Shown: positions 61,870 through 64,000 of the stretch, piece by piece
Layout of the letters: each line of letters begins with the position of its first letter
Position numbering within the stretch: the first letter of the stretch is position 1
NCBI RefSeq assembly: GCF_964204645.1
Contig: NC_134030.1
Coordinates: 14,508,110 to 14,572,109, forward strand
Length of the DNA: 64,000 nt
Direction of reading: 5' to 3'
DNA from: Tubulanus polymorphus
Lineage: Eukaryota; Animalia; Nemertea
Notes under the pieces: generated by a model
Told to the model about the DNA's origin: nothing
Databases searched by the model: none
The model's input: only the letters and a program-made list of their open reading frames with translations
Translations under genes and position numbers: made by a program

Positions 61870-63627
61870 AAACCATTTTACAGTTGCTAGCCGCCATTTT
61901 GTTAGGGTACTTTTGCCCCGTATTGTTGGGTCATTTTTTTCTCTTTTTTAAAAACCCTCCGTGATGTGTATTGTATCATATTTCATCTGCCCATGGATGG
62001 ATTTTGACAGTTTCAGCAACATTCAAACCGCATAAATCTCTAGTTTTCAGTTATGTAAAAATCATTTCTCAAATTTACAACAATGCGACATGAGAGCGAT
62101 ATAAAAATCGGTGGTCAGTTTTTGCCGTGCGCATAGAAATCCAGGGTACTGAAATTTGAAGTTCGTTATTTTCAGAAATAATTTTCTAAAAAATCCAAAC
62201 ATTTCAAGCACTGTGCGCATAAACGCCCCCTTTCAGGTGAACTTTGAAATTTTAAGATATCTTGCCTAGTTTTTTTCCTATGGCACTTTAACTGCAGCGC
62301 GTGTATTGTCATTCCGAGATTCGGCGCTGTTTTCTTTGCGTGTATTTCAGTATATGGGTGTTATTTCTTCATTTTCACTACATTTGTCTCTACGGAAAAT
62401 GGTTTTAATTGTTGGTACGAGTATCAGGTTTAAATATCACGTCGTTTATGCAATATAATAGGTCGAAGACATTAGAGATGTTGGGGTTTAAGGGATTTTT
62501 CTGACCAGTTTTAGCAGCGAGACTGAGCGGCATTTTGATCACGCATTCGAAGTTGCGCGCGGGAAGAGAATATATGGGCCTATATTGAGATGGAAGAAGA
62601 AAAGAAATATATCACTCAAAATCGAGTATGATGACCATTTAAATCAGTAGTCTATCAATAAATTTACATAAAAATCTACTGAAATTAGATGGATGGAGAA
62701 GTGGTCAAAAAGCTGGACAAATGGGGTGGGGCAAATATTCAGCTACTTTCTATGAATACTTTGTATTAAGTACACACAAGATTGATTAGATTGGGAAGAA
62801 AATATAGGAAAACTTTCTTGTTTTGGTGGTGAAATATCAAGTATCAAGTTCGAATGTCAGACGCACGTGATAAAAAGTAAAAAGTGACATCTACCATCAC
62901 AAAAACGCAAGAAGTGTGTGGATTGCATTTACAACAAAAGAGTGATATTTTGGGTTTTCTTGGGTGCATGTACGTAAGCCTCTGCCTGCCGTAAAAGCGG
63001 CTACCATTACAGCCATTACGAACTAGCGCCGGAGAACGGAATACAGTATTAATGCCGTAATATTTAAACCTGATACTCGTACCAACAATTAAAACCATTT
63101 TCCGTAGAGACAAGTGTAGTGAAAATGAAGAAATAACACCCATATACTGAAATACACGCAAAGAAAACAGCGCCGAATCTCGGAATGACAATACACGCGC
63201 TGCAGTTAAAGTGTCATACGAAAAAAACTAGGCAAGATATCTTAAAATTTCAAAGTTCACCTGAAAGGGGGCGTTTATGCGCACAGTGCTTGAAATGTTT
63301 GGATTTTTTAGAAAATTATTTCTGAAAATAACGAACTTCAAATTTCAGTACCCTGGATTTCTATGCGCACGGCAAAAACTGACCACCGATTTTTATATCG
63401 CTCTCATGTCGCATTGTTGTAAATTTGAGAAATGATTTTTACATAACTGAAAACTAGAGATTTATGCGGTTTGAATGTTGCTGAAGTTGTCAAAATCCAT
63501 CCATGGGCAGATGAAATATGATACAATACACATCACGGATAGTTTTTAAAAAAACGAAAAAAATGACCCAACAATACGGGACAAAAGTACCCTAACAAAA
63601 TGGCGGCTAGCAACTGTAAAATGGTTT
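61870..63627. mobile_element. Non-autonomous fold-back DNA element with ~570-bp TIRs inserted in the minisatellite
   Basis: 61868-62437 is the reverse complement of 63060-63629; AAACCATTTTACAG...CTGTAAAATGGTTT splits GAAT|TGGTCAG. Confidence 0.88.
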
Positions 63628-64000
63628 ATTGGTCAGTGGTGGTCAGTGATGGTCAATTCATGAATTTGCAATGATGATACCTCGGTAGTTTGAAAACAAA
63701 CATGACTTGATAAATTTCCAAAATTCGCAGTCAGGTGTTCAGACTCGGGAATATCTCAATTGGTCAGTTTCTGACCATCATGGTGTCACCATGTGGTCTA
63801 TAGCTCAAATGAAACACGTGGGACCGACGAAAGGGCCCAAAAGCGTAAGTCATTTCCTGAGTGATGTGATCCAAAAATGACCAAATCGGACAGAACAATT
63901 AAAATTTGGGAAGGCCACAGGCAGTGGTCTTTCTACGAAGCCCACGCGGTAGGCCTATACTTTGAGCGTATCATTATGAAATCTTTTTTTAAACCACCAT

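Noticed and set aside
62844-63191. 115-aa ORF as a transposase
   Set aside because: Starts inside the TIR, no catalytic motifs

Overview
Eukaryotic (animal-like) repeat-rich DNA dominated by one AT-rich Polinton/Maverick family. (1) A complete but decayed 17.85-kb Polinton at 23351-41204 has ~570-600-bp TIRs and a 6-bp TSD ACCGGA. It carries pPolB, minor and major capsid, integrase, packaging ATPase, HNH and several membrane-protein genes, but no recognisable maturation protease. (2) It is nested in an older family member now split into 15396-16537, 23188-23350 and 41205-46768, probably plus its inverted left arm 46769-54324. That older copy also received a ~6.6-kb insertion containing a (GTC)n tract and a CR1-type LINE. 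(3) Every Polinton terminus is itself a 190-406-bp fold-back hairpin (AGTAATAGGG...CCCTATTACT) whose arms co-vary between variants. (4) Polinton ORFs are preceded by two stereotyped TAAATG-type motifs reminiscent of poxvirus intermediate and late promoters. (5) Most unusual: at 1-6.6 kb a Polinton right end is joined to an intact 758-aa ORF with the motif order of Rep_trans (pT181 RepC-type) tyrosine nickases and two small ORFs. This cassette ends in a perfect palindrome of at least 4.1 kb with a 6-nt apex. It is a candidate undescribed Polinton-associated nickase/hairpin replicon, although a fold-back assembly artefact must be excluded. The rest is a 3.5-kb tandem duplication, satellites, MITEs, Penelope-like hammerhead remnants and host sequence. 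All calls are by eye; no searches were run.
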